A DNA stretch of 32,084 nt from Octopus sinensis (taxonomy: Eukaryota), in the NCBI RefSeq assembly GCF_006345805.1, contig NW_021832793.1:1-32084 (forward strand), read 5' to 3'. The notes under the pieces were generated by a model. It had not been told where the DNA came from. It made no database searches and worked only from the letters and a program-made list of their open reading frames with translations. Every line of letters begins with the position of its first letter. Position 1 is the first letter of the stretch. The position numbers and the translations under genes are program-made. Below are positions 12,845 to 23,845 of the stretch, piece by piece.

Positions 12845-14113
12845 GAAGTGGCGACAAACATTACTTCTCAGTATATTTACTATTTCATCTCTGATAGGGA
12901 TTTTCTAACTAGCTGCTTTGCTTGTTGTATTATATTTGATTTTTGTTAAATAGATTTAAGCATTAGGGAATTGAGTTTCTCTTATCACGGTCATATTGTT
13001 CTCAAAATGTTCTTTATAAACACATATACACACTGACTCTTACTTGTTCCCCTACTCGCTTTGACGACCCACAGAAGGATGAAAAGCAGTAAACATTCTA
13101 AGATAATGTGACATTAAGGAGTGGAACCTACAATTTCCTGTAATCCAGACTGCCTCATAGCGTGAGCAGACAGAATGGAAAAGGTGTTGACCCGGATGAT
13201 GGGGAGGGAGATGTGCTGCCACAGTCACTCTGACTTACGGGGCAATGCAAGCCGCAAGGAAGTTTACTTTGATGGTCTTACCAAACGTACAGCAGAATAA
13301 GACCCACCTTTAGAAATAAGGATTACTTGTAGCACATTCCAATAAAAAAAAACAGCTACCCTGTTCAAATGAATTAGGGAAAATGTTCGTCTATGAAGTA
13401 GAGAAAAAAATTCGTCCACCACAGGTCTAAATGTCTTGTTTATACTAAAAATTTTCATGGCTACCTATTATTTATACTATTTCTGGTGGTCACCTATATC
13501 CTTATGTTCCCTACCTTTATTATCATTACTACCATCTGATATTGCACCATATAAAATTCCAGTCCCTTCGTCTGTTCTAGTTATCTTCATCTCTTTCTTT
13601 GCCCCTATCTTAATTTACTTATGTAACTTATATTTTACCCAAATTTCCTTTCATAATCAGGATTTTTCTACTCTTTTTCGCCTTACTGCTGTTACTTCCT
13701 GATTTTCCGGTTTTTCTACTGTATTTTTCCTAATCTTTATAATATTTATAAATCCTTTTAACATCTTTATATTCTCAGATATCCCGTTACTGTTTTCACA
13801 TTCTTCTTCAGTTACTATATTTTTGTAATCATTTTTCTAATTACCTTTTTGCTAATCATATTTTCTCAATAGTTTTTCAACATTTTCGACAATTTTTTTC
13901 CAACAGTGTCATTGATAACCCCGTCAACATTATTTTCGCTTTTTTTTCCCATTGTCATCATTCTTATCTTATTCTATTTATTTTGTTCTATTTTGCTTCA
14001 TTCTTTTGGCTCTTCCTGCAAAACAACACCCCAGTTGTTAAGATTTCCTTTCGACTTAAGCACCATGTTTTTTTCAGTAATTTTTAATATTCTGTTCATA
14101 CCTCTACTATGTT

Positions 14114-14420
14114 AAGGCGCATAGCTCAGTGGTTAGAGCGTCGGTCTCACAATCACGAGGAAGTGAGTTCGATTCCCGTGTGTTATGTTCTTGAGCAAGA
14201 CACTTTATTTCACGTTGCTCCAGTTCACTCAGCTGTAAAAATGAGGAGTTGTTACGTCACTGGTGTCAGGATGTATCGGCCCCTTTGCTTTTCCCTTGGG
14301 TAACATTGGTGGCGTTGAGACTTCTGGTCTTCCATAAACAACCTTGCCCGGACCTGTGCTTCGGAAGGGAATTTTGTAGGTGCAGTCTCGTGGTCATTCA
14401 TGATTAAAGGGGTTTTTATT
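14114..14420 (+). mobile_element. tRNA-derived CORE-SINE
   Basis: AAGGCGCATAGCTCAGTGGTTAGAGCG (A box), GAGTTCGATTCCC (B box), CORE-like TTCTTGAGCAAGACACTT...CACTCAGCTGTAAAAATGAG; same family as 24847-25168. Confidence 0.8.
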
Positions 14421-15033
14421 CATACCTCTCTCAAACCTTATCCATCCCTAAAATTCTTTATATTATTCTATTCTATATTTCATTTCCCCTTTGCCTTTTC
14501 CTCCATCCCTGATTCAAAATCCCTCTCATTTCAGCTGTCAAGTTATTCTATCTTTCATTCGTTACTTCTAACACTTCATAATCTGACATTCCAAATTTTA
14601 TGCTTCAAACACCTGTTCTGTCTTCTCTTTCTTTTCTTACTTTTTTTCTTGTACTTCCTCTTCTTCCTTTTCCATTTCTTTTCCATTTCTTCTCTTCTTT
14701 TACCTTTCCTCATTTTCTTTCGCTTGTTTCTCTCTTTCTTTCCTTTCTTTTCTTCCTGTCACCCTCCTTTACATTTCTTTCCATTTTCTTTTCTTTTACT
14801 CTCTTCCCTTTTCCTTCTATTTCTCTTTTTTCTTCTTCTTTTCTTCCCTCATGTTTCATCCTTCCCCAACCTCTTTATCATACTTTCTCCCCACAATCAC
14901 ACCCAGTGACTAAAAAAACCATAATTATTTATAAATGCACAAAAATCTATCCATTTCCCAGTTACAACATTTCTCGGGATCCCGTATGGCCACAGGTGAA
15001 ACCCAGAGTAGCAAGAGGTTAACTCAACTAAAA

Positions 15034-15115
15034 TCTCTATATATATAAACGGCAAAATGTGTGTGTGTATGTGTGTGTGTATGTGTGTGTGTGTATGTGT
15101 GTGTGTGTGTGTGTG
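15034..15115 (+). mobile_element. Possible non-autonomous Helitron-like 5' end plus (GT)n
   Basis: A|TCTCTATATATATAAACGGCAAAATGT followed by a microsatellite; no 3' hairpin or CTAG end found. Confidence 0.3.
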
Positions 15116-15290
15116 AATAATGATGGCGGTGTCTTTACGTCCGCGTAACTTAGCGGTTCGGAAAAAGTGACCGATAGAATAAGTACTAGGCTTAGAAAGA
15201 ATAAGTTCTGGTGTTGATTTGTTCGACTAAAGGCGATGTTCAAGCATGGCCGTAATGAAATGACTGAAACGAGTAGAAGAATAAGAATAC
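15116..15290 (+). mobile_element. 3' module of the CORE-type SINE
   Basis: GTAACTTAGCGGTTCGG...ACCGATAGAATAAGTACTAGGCTT...GACTGAAACGAGTAGAAGAATAAGAATA. Confidence 0.75.
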
Positions 15291-15490
15291 GTACTACAGG
15301 TATACATATATGCATACATCAGCCACGCCAGATAACCACAAACAGCCAAAAGTTGTTTTGACATAAAAATGCCTCGACGTTAGTGTCCGGTTTGCATTCT
15401 GCAAAGAGGAAAACATTTAAAATAAATCTCGAAAAGATTATACACACATACATATACATACCGGAATAAATTTATGTACGCATACATACG

Positions 15491-16327
15491 TGGATGGATG
15501 GATGGATGGATGGATGGATGGATGGATGGATGGATGGATGGATGGATGGATGGACGGATGGATGTATGGATGGATGGATGGATGGACGGACGGACGGACG
15601 GACGGACGGATGGATCGATGCACGGACGGACGTATGGATGGATGGAAGCAGAGAAAGAGAGAGTAAGTGGGAAAGGACAGATGGACAGAGAGGAAGGAGT
15701 GAATGACGGCGACGATGGATGAATGGATGAATGGGAAATGAGAGAGAGGGGGGAGAAAAGAAGAAAGGAAGGAAGGAAGGAAGGAAGGAAGAAAGAAAGA
15801 AAGAAAGAAGGAAGGAAGGAAGGAAGGAAGGAAGGAAGGAAGGAAAGAAAGAAGGAAAGAAGGAAAGAGATGGGAGAAAGTCGGAGGACGGATGGACGGA
15901 CTGAAGAAGAAGCTAGCGACGGAGACGAGGAATGGATGAATGGATGGATGGATCGAGGGAGCGAAAGAGAGAGAGGGAACAATGGATGAACAGACGAACG
16001 GACAGAAGAGTGAGCGGGCATCGGTGGATGGATGGATGGATGGGGAGAGGGAAGGAGAGAGGAAAGGTTAAATAAATAGATGTATGAGCGGATACGGATG
16101 AATGGACAAGTGGAGAGACAGAGATAAGGAGATTCACGGAGAGATGGATGGATGGATGGATGGATGGATGGATGGATGGATGGATGGATGGACGGATGGA
16201 CGGATGGATGGACGGATGGATGGACGGATGGACGGATGGATGGATGGACGGATGGACGGATGGATGGACGGATGGACGGATGGATGGATGGAAGGATGGA
16301 TGGATGGATGGATGGACGGATGCATCC
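15491..16327. repeat. Compound (GGAT)n/(GGAC)n/(GGAA)n array
   Basis: Direct reading; source of the MDGW/PSIH/RKEG ORFs. Confidence 0.95.
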
Positions 16328-16394
16328 ATCAATTTCAACGTAGAAGTGACCAAACGTTCGATAATTGGACAACCGACACATTTAGTTAACGTAC

Positions 16395-16529
16395 GAAATG
16401 GATGAGTATCCCGCAGATGTTTGTGCTCTGAGTGTAATTCCGGGGTAATATCAATGTGACGGGGTGTAACAATACTGGGCTTCAGAACAGTTTCAATGTA
16501 GTTACACGCGCTCACAAAGCTGTGATCAA
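16395..16529 (-). CDS. Candidate internal coding exon (135 nt, phase 1-1) of an unidentified gene
   Basis: Poly-T tract and ...TATCACAAG acceptor; open frame [46 protein letters not shown]; GTACGT donor. The other two frames contain stops. Confidence 0.45.
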
Positions 16530-16639
16530 CTTGTGATATATGGTAAAAAAAAAAAAAAAGACAGCTGCAGAAGTTGGCATGCAATTGGATCGAACTCGGC
16601 TCACAACAGATGGAAAGTGTACTTCATAAACAAACAACC

Positions 16640-17053
16640 TATTTCTTTATTACCCACAAGGAGCTAAACACAGAAGGGACAAACAAGGACAGGCAAACGG
16701 ATTACGTCGATTACATCGTCCCCATTGCGTGACTTGTACTTATTTAATCGACCCCGAAAGGATGAAAGGCAAAGTCGACCTTGGCGGAATTTGAACTCAG
16801 AACGTAGAGGCAGACGAAATTCCTATTTCTTTACTACCCACAAGGGGCTAAACACAGAGGGGACAAACAAGGACTGACAAACGGATTAAGTCGATTACAT
16901 CGACCCCAGTGCGTAACTGTTGCTTAATTTATCGATCCCAAAAGGATGAAAGGCAAAGTCGGCCTCGGCGGAATTTGAACTCAGAACGTAACGGCAGACG
17001 AAATACCGCCAGGCATTTCGCCCGGCGTGCTAACGTTTCTGCCAGCTCGCCGC
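16640..17053 (-). mobile_element. Dimeric MetaSINE-like SINE (full unit plus 5'-truncated unit) with an 18-bp TSD
   Basis: Head GGCGGCGAGCTGGCAGAAACGTTAGC, B box GAGTTCAAATTCC, body repeated twice (junction near 16823); CTTCATAAACAAACAACC at 16622-16639 and 17054-17071. Confidence 0.9.
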
Positions 17054-17298
17054 CTTCATAAACAAACAACCATGCCAGCGAATGTAAGGTTGAGAACGGA
17101 GTTTGGTGGGGGTGTGAGTGCGTGTTAGTGGGGTGTGTGTATATGCGTGCCCGTTTACTACATATACATACATATATATATATGAGCATGAGAGAGAAGT
17201 GAATATATATTTATTTAACCCCATGACTTCCACAGCGTCCCACAGAATCCATGCCGCATACTACTTATACATCGATGTGTTGTCCACCGAGCATTCTT

Positions 17299-17712
17299 AT
17301 TTATTTACTGCCCACAAGGGGCTACACACAGAGGGGACAGACAACGACAGACGAACGGATTAAGTCGATTACATTAACCCCAGTGCGTAACTGGTTCTTA
17401 TTTAATCGACTACGAATGGATGAATAGCAGAGTCGACCTCGGCGGAATTTGAACTCAGAACGTAGTGGCAGAGAAATACCTATTTCTTTACTACCCACAA
17501 GGGGCTAAACACAGAGAGGACAAACAAGGACAGAGAAAGGGATAAAGTCAATTATATCGCCCCCAGTGCGTATTTGGTACTTAATTTATCGACCACGAAA
17601 GGATGAAAGGCAAAGTCGACTTCGGCGGAATTTGAACTCAGAACGTAACGGCAGACGAAATACGGCTACGCATTTCGCCCGGCGTGCTAACCCCTCTGTC
17701 AGCTCGCCGCCT
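17299..17712 (-). mobile_element. Second dimeric MetaSINE-like SINE
   Basis: Same two-unit layout and junction (GAAATACC|TATTTCTTTACTACCC); degenerate flanking repeat CACCGAGCATT/CACGAAGCATT. Confidence 0.85.
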
Positions 17713-18346
17713 TCGTGCACGAAGCATTTTAATGGACGTTCTCTGTATTTTCAATGGATGAATCGGTAGACTGAGTTAACTGGATAATGAATGCATACAA
17801 AATGCATATCAGAAACATCTGTAAGTCTACAACGCACAAATAAAGGAACAAAGCTCATTATCGATGCCTTTCAATCATGAATGTAGGACTAAAATGAGCA
17901 TCATCGAACTTATGAACTTGTATTTCTGTCGACTTCTGTGAAACTTATTAGAATTTCTATTAACATTTGAGCCTTTTAAACATGTTTTGTGTTTTCTGAA
18001 TTTCCCTTGAAACTTGAAACTCTACAAAACCTTTCTTTATTTTTTTTTATTTTTAACATTGATAAGCAAACAATTGCTGAAACTGGTTTGGTAGTTGAAA
18101 GAAATACATAACAAAATTTAAAAAACGATAACAAGTTTTTGAGATTCGGGTGCATTTTCAACCCACAAAACAAATTCCCTTATATTCTTTCCAACGTGGG
18201 AATACACTTCTCTGCAATTATATACCTGTACATATATGTATATATATATATATATATATCTGTACATATATGTACATACATATCTATATACATATATATG
18301 TATATATATGAATATATATATGTGTATGTGTGTGTGTGTGTGTGTC

Positions 18347-18491
18347 TGTGTGGTAAGTAACTTGCTTGCCAACCACATGGTTCCGGGTTCAGTTCACTGC
18401 GTAACACCTAGGGTAACTGTCTTCTACTATAGCCTCGGAGCGACTAAAGTCTTGTGAGCGGATTTGGTAGACGGAACTGAAGAAAGCCTGT

Positions 18492-18495
<4 letters not shown>
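18347..18495 (+). mobile_element. Head and CORE part of the CORE-type SINE
   Basis: CCAACCACATGGTTCCGGGTTCAG...CTTCTACTATAGCCTCGG...GGATTTGGTAGACGGAACTGAAG, followed by (TA)n. Confidence 0.8.
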
Positions 18496-18566
<71 letters not shown>

Positions 18567-18567
18567 T

Positions 18568-18684
18568 CGCCATGATAGATCGATAACCACTACAGATTCT
18601 ATATTTGCTCTCCCTGTTTTTTTTGTGTGTTCCTTTCTGTGGAAGAGCGTAGGGCTCGAAACGTTAAAGACTTTTTCACTTCCC
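18568..18684 (+). mobile_element. Copy of the short hammerhead-bearing repeat family, 3'-truncated
   Basis: Starts with the shared CGCCATGATAGATCG motif and contains the hammerhead motif at 18633-18669. Confidence 0.7.
18633..18669 (+). ncRNA. Minimal hammerhead-like motif, CUGUGGA core variant
   Basis: CUUU-CUGUGGA-A-GAGC-guagg-GCUC-GAA-ACGU-U-AAAG. Confidence 0.55.
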
Positions 18685-18794
18685 GTACTAGTCTTACAAA
18701 GAATGATATCCTGGGGTCAATTCACTCGACTAAATGCAGTGCTCCAGCATGGGCGCAGTGAAATGATTGAAACAAATAAATGAATAAAATAAAG
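18685..18794 (+). mobile_element. 3' module of the CORE-type SINE begun at 18347
   Basis: GTACTAGTCTTACAAAGAAT...CCTGGGGTC...GTGCTCCAGCATGG...GAAACAAATAAATGAATAAAAT. Confidence 0.7.
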
Positions 18795-19380
18795 TTATAT
18801 ATATATATACATACGTGTGTGTATTTGTGTGTGTATATATATATATGTGTGTGTGTGTATATAAATCTACATGCATCCATAAATATATGTATGTATGTAT
18901 GTATGTTTGTATGTATGTATGTATGTATGTATGTATATACAGACATCTATATATACATATATCACACACACACACACACGCACAGATATATATTCATATA
19001 CCCGCAATTAACAACACTGCGCTAAGTAACAACGGACTGAAGTAAAAGCTTAGAAATTGCGGATGTCTTCCAAAACAACGAGCCGAACAAATTAATTCGC
19101 ATTTGCCTCGTACAAGGTGCCAGTGGTGAATCTTGAAAAATGCATTTCCTCAAGTCTTTTTTGTGAGTTTCTCGTCTAAACACGCAATCACATGCATACA
19201 GGGAACAGACGCACAAAGACACGCGTGCACATGCATGCACGCACACCTGTACACACACATCCGCATAAGGAAGCATCCGCAAACCAGATTTGTACTAAAC
19301 TGAAAATACGTAACCACCGCATGAGTACAAGTTCGTCTACACACGCGCGCGCGCACGCGTATGACCGCGGGCACACACTG

Positions 19381-19612
19381 ATTTCTTTATTGCCCACAAC
19401 GGGCTAAACACAGAGGGGACAAACAAGGTCAGACAAACGGATTAAGTCGATTTTATCGACCCCAGTGCGCAACTGGTACTTAATTTATCGACACCGAAAG
19501 GATGAAAGGCAAAGTCGACCTCGATGGAATTTGAATTCAGAACGTGAAGACGGACAAAATGCCACTAAGCATATCGACCGGCGTGCTAACGTTTCTGCAA
19601 GCTCGCCGCCTT
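19381..19612 (-). mobile_element. Monomeric MetaSINE-like SINE
   Basis: One unit homologous to the full units at 16824-17053. Confidence 0.85.
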
Positions 19613-19939
19613 ATTCACGGTATCAGTGGTAAATCTTGAAAAATGCATTTCTTAAATTCTTTATTTGAGGGTTTCTCGGCTGAACACGCTCGCCGCATGC
19701 ACACACTTGTACAAGCATATTAAGTTCACATGTTTAAATACTCCAAGAGCTCCCTGGATTTCAATACAAGAGCCTTACCGTTTTCTTAGTGAACGGATTC
19801 AATCCTGCAAAGGAGAGCAAAATAGTAAGCACTAACTACCAGAAATACTAACTCGCACAGGCATACACACATTGATGTATGCAGGTATACACATACTCAC
19901 ACACACACACATACATGTATATGTTTATATACACACACG

Positions 19940-19978
<39 letters not shown>

Positions 19979-19988
19979 TTGTGTGTGT

Positions 19989-20295
19989 GGAGGCGCAATG
20001 GCCTGGTGGTTAGGGCAGTGGACTCGCGGTCGTAGGATCGCGGTTCCGATTCCCAGACCGGGCGTTGTGAGTGTTTATTGAGCGAAAACACCTAAAAGCT
20101 CCACGAGGCTCCGGCAGGGGATGGTGGTGATCCCTGCTGTACTCTTTCACCACTCTTTCTCCGACTCTTTCTTCTGTTGGCCTGCTCGCTTAGCCAGCGG
20201 GGTGGCGTCATTCGAAGGCTAAAACAATGCGAACGCATTGTGACCAGCGATGTGTAGCAACATCTGATGGTCTGGTCCGTCACGTGATCACGTGA
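19989..20295 (+). mobile_element. tRNA-derived SINE of a further family
   Basis: GGAGGCGCAATGGCCTGGTGGTTAGGGCAG (A box), GGTTCCGATTCCCAGACC (B box), ends CACGTGATCACGTGA then (TA)n. Confidence 0.75.
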
Positions 20296-20312
20296 TATAT
20301 ATATATAAGGAG

Positions 20313-20348
<36 letters not shown>

Positions 20349-20452
20349 TAGATAGATATACACATATATTACATATGTATGTATATATGTAGTATATATG
20401 TATATATACATTGAGTGAGAGACAGCGAGACATATGAATATATATATATATG

Positions 20453-20521
<69 letters not shown>

Positions 20522-20655
20522 ATATATATATGTATATGTATGTATGTATGTATGTATGGATGGATGGATGGATGGATGGATGGATGGATGATGGATGGAT
20601 GGACGGACGGACGGACGGACGGACGGATGGATGGATGGATCTGTATATATATATA

Positions 20656-20958
20656 TATTCTTTTATTCTTTTACTTGGAACACTGCCTTTTAATCGAAGT
20701 AATCGATTATTCTTTGTAAGCCAATTACTTAGTTTATCGATTTCTTTTTCCGAACCGCTAAGTTGTGGGTACGTAATGACACCAACACTGGTTGTCAAGC
20801 GATGGTTGTGGTGCGAGAAACAAACACAAAGATTCACACGTAAACATATATACGTACACACACAGACACACACACACAGACACAGACAGACAGACAGACA
20901 CACACACGCACACATAGACAGAGACACACACACACACACACACAGACACAGACAGACG

Positions 20959-20998
<40 letters not shown>

Positions 20999-21060
20999 AA
21001 TACATACCGCGGCTTCTTTCAGTTTCTGTCTACCAAATCCACTCACAAGGCTTAGGCTAT
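20656..21060 (-). mobile_element. 5'-truncated CORE-type SINE with an internal (CA)/(TA) tract
   Basis: 3' module at 20656-20830 and CORE-adjacent part at 21008-21060, both matching the 22.4-22.8 kb copy. Confidence 0.7.
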
Positions 21061-21194
21061 ATATATATATATAATATATATATATATATATACATATATA
21101 TACATGTATATACATATATGTATATATATATATATATTATATATATATACATTATACATGTGCGTGTGTGTGTGTCTGCGTATACATAGGTAAT

Positions 21195-21357
<163 letters not shown>

Positions 21358-21872
21358 GTGTATAATTGTACATTTCAGTATAGGTAGTTAAGGGTGTTAT
21401 TTGAGTTTCGTTGTGCCCTTGTAAATGTGTGGTACCCCAATGTAAATCCCACGGCATCTGAGCCAGATTAAATTATGCGAGTCTTATCTGACACACAAGG
21501 TCTTGAGTTCGAGTGGGGGTGGCGTATGCATGTGGAGAAGAGTGGAGCGGAATGGAGCAGAGTAGGGGGAACATGTATTGCGTGATATATGGGTGACGAC
21601 TGGTGTACACGCAGCGTGTGAGGAGTGTTGTAATGGGTAGCAAGTCGGGTATGGGTGGAATCAACCGCTCCTCGTTTTAAAAAGTCAGACAGAGTAAAGC
21701 TGGAATGCATTTGTGTATGTGTGAGTGTCTGTGTGAATGTGTGTTTATGTGTGTCTGTGCGTGCGAATGGGGGTGTATATATGTGTGTGCGAATATATGT
21801 ATGCAGGTGAGGAGTATTGTGCGCGTGACCGTGTATGTAGGTGTGTGTGTGAGAAATACAGCATATATATGT

Positions 21873-21908
<36 letters not shown>

Positions 21909-22359
21909 CACATGCATGTATATGTACGTATATTTGTCATACATATATACTGCTATATATATATATATATACATACAATCACAATCACACACACACATAC
22001 ACACGCACACACACACAGACACACACATGGATATGTATATGCGTGACATAATTTTTATATATTTTCAGAATATTTCTATTTTTTCTTTTTTTCTTTTTAT
22101 TTAGGATGGGCGAGTTTTTCTTTTCTCACGGTTGAACATAGGATCTGAAGCATTAATTCGACAGCGATACACAGAGACGTAGATTGTTATCGAGATTTAC
22201 ATTGTAATTTGTGAACAACGGCGTCGACTATACAAACGCGTGAATTACGGTTGCGTTGCAGTGGCGGTGGCGAATAAGGAAGTATCTACGTAATTCGGAT
22301 GGAGCAAACTGCACAAGGTGTTTGTTTTGGCTGTTCTTTTTTTTTCTGGCTCATAGATT

Positions 22360-22581
22360 TATCTCTTTTACTCTACTACTTGTTTTAGTCATTTGACTGT
22401 GGCCATCCTGGAGCATCGCCTTTAGTCGAGCAAATCGACACCAGGACTTATTCTTTGTAAACCTAGTACTTATTCTATCGGTCTCCTTTGCCGAACCGCC
22501 AAGTTACGGGGACATAAACACACCAGCATCGGTTGTCAAGCAATGTTGGGGGGGGGGGGGGCCAGACACAGACACACAAAT

Positions 22582-22636
<55 letters not shown>

Positions 22637-22800
22637 ATATACGACGGGCTTCTTTCAGTTTCCGTCTACCAAATCCACTCACAAGGCTTTGGTCGGCCCG
22701 AGGCTATAGTAGAAGACATTTGGCCAAGGTGCCACGCAGTGGGACTGAACCCGGAACCAAGTGGTTCGTAAGCAAGCTACTTACCACAGCCAATCCTCGG
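22360..22800 (-). mobile_element. Near full-length CORE-type SINE with an internal microsatellite
   Basis: tRNA-like head (GGTTCCGGGTTCAGTCCC), CORE-like CACCTTGGCCAAATGTCTT, internal (TA)/(GT) tract, 3' module ending in A-rich repeats. Confidence 0.88.
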
Positions 22801-22915
22801 CTATTTTCTAAAAATGAGACAGACAACATACACATATATACATTAGAGATTAATAATTATGGGTACCGGTATGCTAAATATAGCAGTACCGGTATGCTAA
22901 ATATAGCAGTCAAAA

Positions 22916-23112
22916 TGTTGCATGAAGTAGAGTAGCCCAATACGTAGATATAGAGGGAGAAGTTTAGAGTAGAGACTAGAACAGAGTAAGTAAAGAGAAG
23001 TAGAGTAGTGTTTGGTGCAGGGTGGAGTAGCGGTCATTCGAACGTGCGACATAACAGTGGCGACGAGGATTTCGCAGCTCACGCAGCCACTGTGTAGTAT
23101 TGCGATATAACA
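22916..23112 (+). mobile_element. Collapsed LTR-retrotransposon remnant, 197 bp, with a 5-bp TSD
   Basis: TGTTG...TAACA termini; CAAAA duplicated at 22911-22915 and 23113-23117; internal LTR end TGCGACATAACA (23045-23056) followed by a PBS; terminal TGCGATATAACA. Confidence 0.8.
23058..23070 (+). other. Primer-binding site complementary to the tRNA-Ser(GCU) 3' end
   Basis: TGGCGACGAGGAT, one base after ...AACA. Metazoan tRNA-Ser(GCU) ends ...AUCCUCGUCG-CCA (recalled, not searched). Confidence 0.7.
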
Positions 23113-23423
23113 CAAAATGACCAAACCACAAGTTTTCACTTAAATACAAAGCTGAAAGCGGGCAAATGAATAAAAATCCTAAAACCCCGTACGAACGACG
23201 AAAATAATCGAAAATTGAATAATCCAGACATACCCGTATCGCCGTGATATCGAACTTTAAGCAAAACTTTTAGTTCATCTTCAGCGAGTCTTACTGACGC
23301 CAGGGTTATGGAGATTATTCATCTCACCAATGTGTACGATGACTGTTTTTAATGCCGCAGCAAATTTTGAAAAGGTTATCGAAGTGAATAAAACTTATTT
23401 AAATATATCTGAGGATATCATTG

Positions 23424-23845
23424 GAATCTTTTCGGTTTGAACGGCAGTTTTTTCTAGCGGTGTCATATGAAATTGCCACCCATAGTTATGACCCTAGTAT
23501 CGATCTATTGCATTTTAATCTGTTTTAGGGTTAGACTTAGGGTTAGGGGTGGGGGAAGGGTACCTATTTTTCTTCACAAATGTAAATAAACCCAATCTGT
23601 TTCTTAAACGAGGGACATATTCATACGGCACAGAATGTTTTCACCTCAATAGACGTCATTGAGTGGTTGAAAATGCAGAAATAGAAGAATAAAAAACAAC
23701 AAATATCTTACAAACCATAGAATTTTCTCAATAAAGCCAAGAGAAAAAGATGTTTTATAAACACCTTCTACCAGTATACGAAGTTTAAAAGTGTTTAGTT
23801 ACGTGGATTAATTTTTAAAAACTGCCGTTCAAACCTAAAAGATCC
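23424..23845. mobile_element. MITE with 29-bp TIRs and an 8-bp TSD (Merlin- or hAT-like)
   Basis: TIR G(A/G)ATCTTTT(C/A)GGTTTGAACGGCAGTTTTT; TATCATTG at 23416-23423 and 23846-23853. Confidence 0.88.

Noticed and set aside
13239-13307. Possible 69-nt minus-strand exon with a GTAAGT donor (WVLFCCTFGKTIKVNFLAACIAP)
   Set aside because: Weak acceptor, an internal competing donor, phase incompatible with the 16.4-kb candidate, and no recognisable protein.
14114-14190. tRNA-like sequence
   Set aside because: It has A and B boxes but no complete acceptor stem and continues into a CORE domain; it is a SINE head, as are those near 19989 and 25168.
14400-15022. Hydrophobic F/L/S-rich ORFs resembling membrane proteins
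   Set aside because: They arise from a polypyrimidine tract, with no splice or homology support.
15380-16389. ORFs rich in PSIH/MDGW/RKEG
   Set aside because: They are translations of (GGAT)n and (GGAA)n; only 16395-16529 is kept as a candidate exon.
16640-17712. Repeated units resembling a CRISPR or satellite array
   Set aside because: The units are SINE bodies of about 185-230 bp with a TSD, not short repeats with unique spacers; the context is eukaryotic.
17926-17950. CTGTCGA...GAAAC resembling the U6 hammerhead core
   Set aside because: The intervening CTTCTGT cannot form stem II, and there is no helix III or family flank.
21468-21690. Minus-strand frame with LATHYNTPH, reminiscent of a Penelope GIY-YIG C-terminus
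   Set aside because: Similarity is limited to a few residues, with no GIY/YIG or other supporting motif.
23525-23548. Interstitial telomere or chromosome fusion site
   Set aside because: Only four hexamers, and they lie inside a TSD-bounded MITE.
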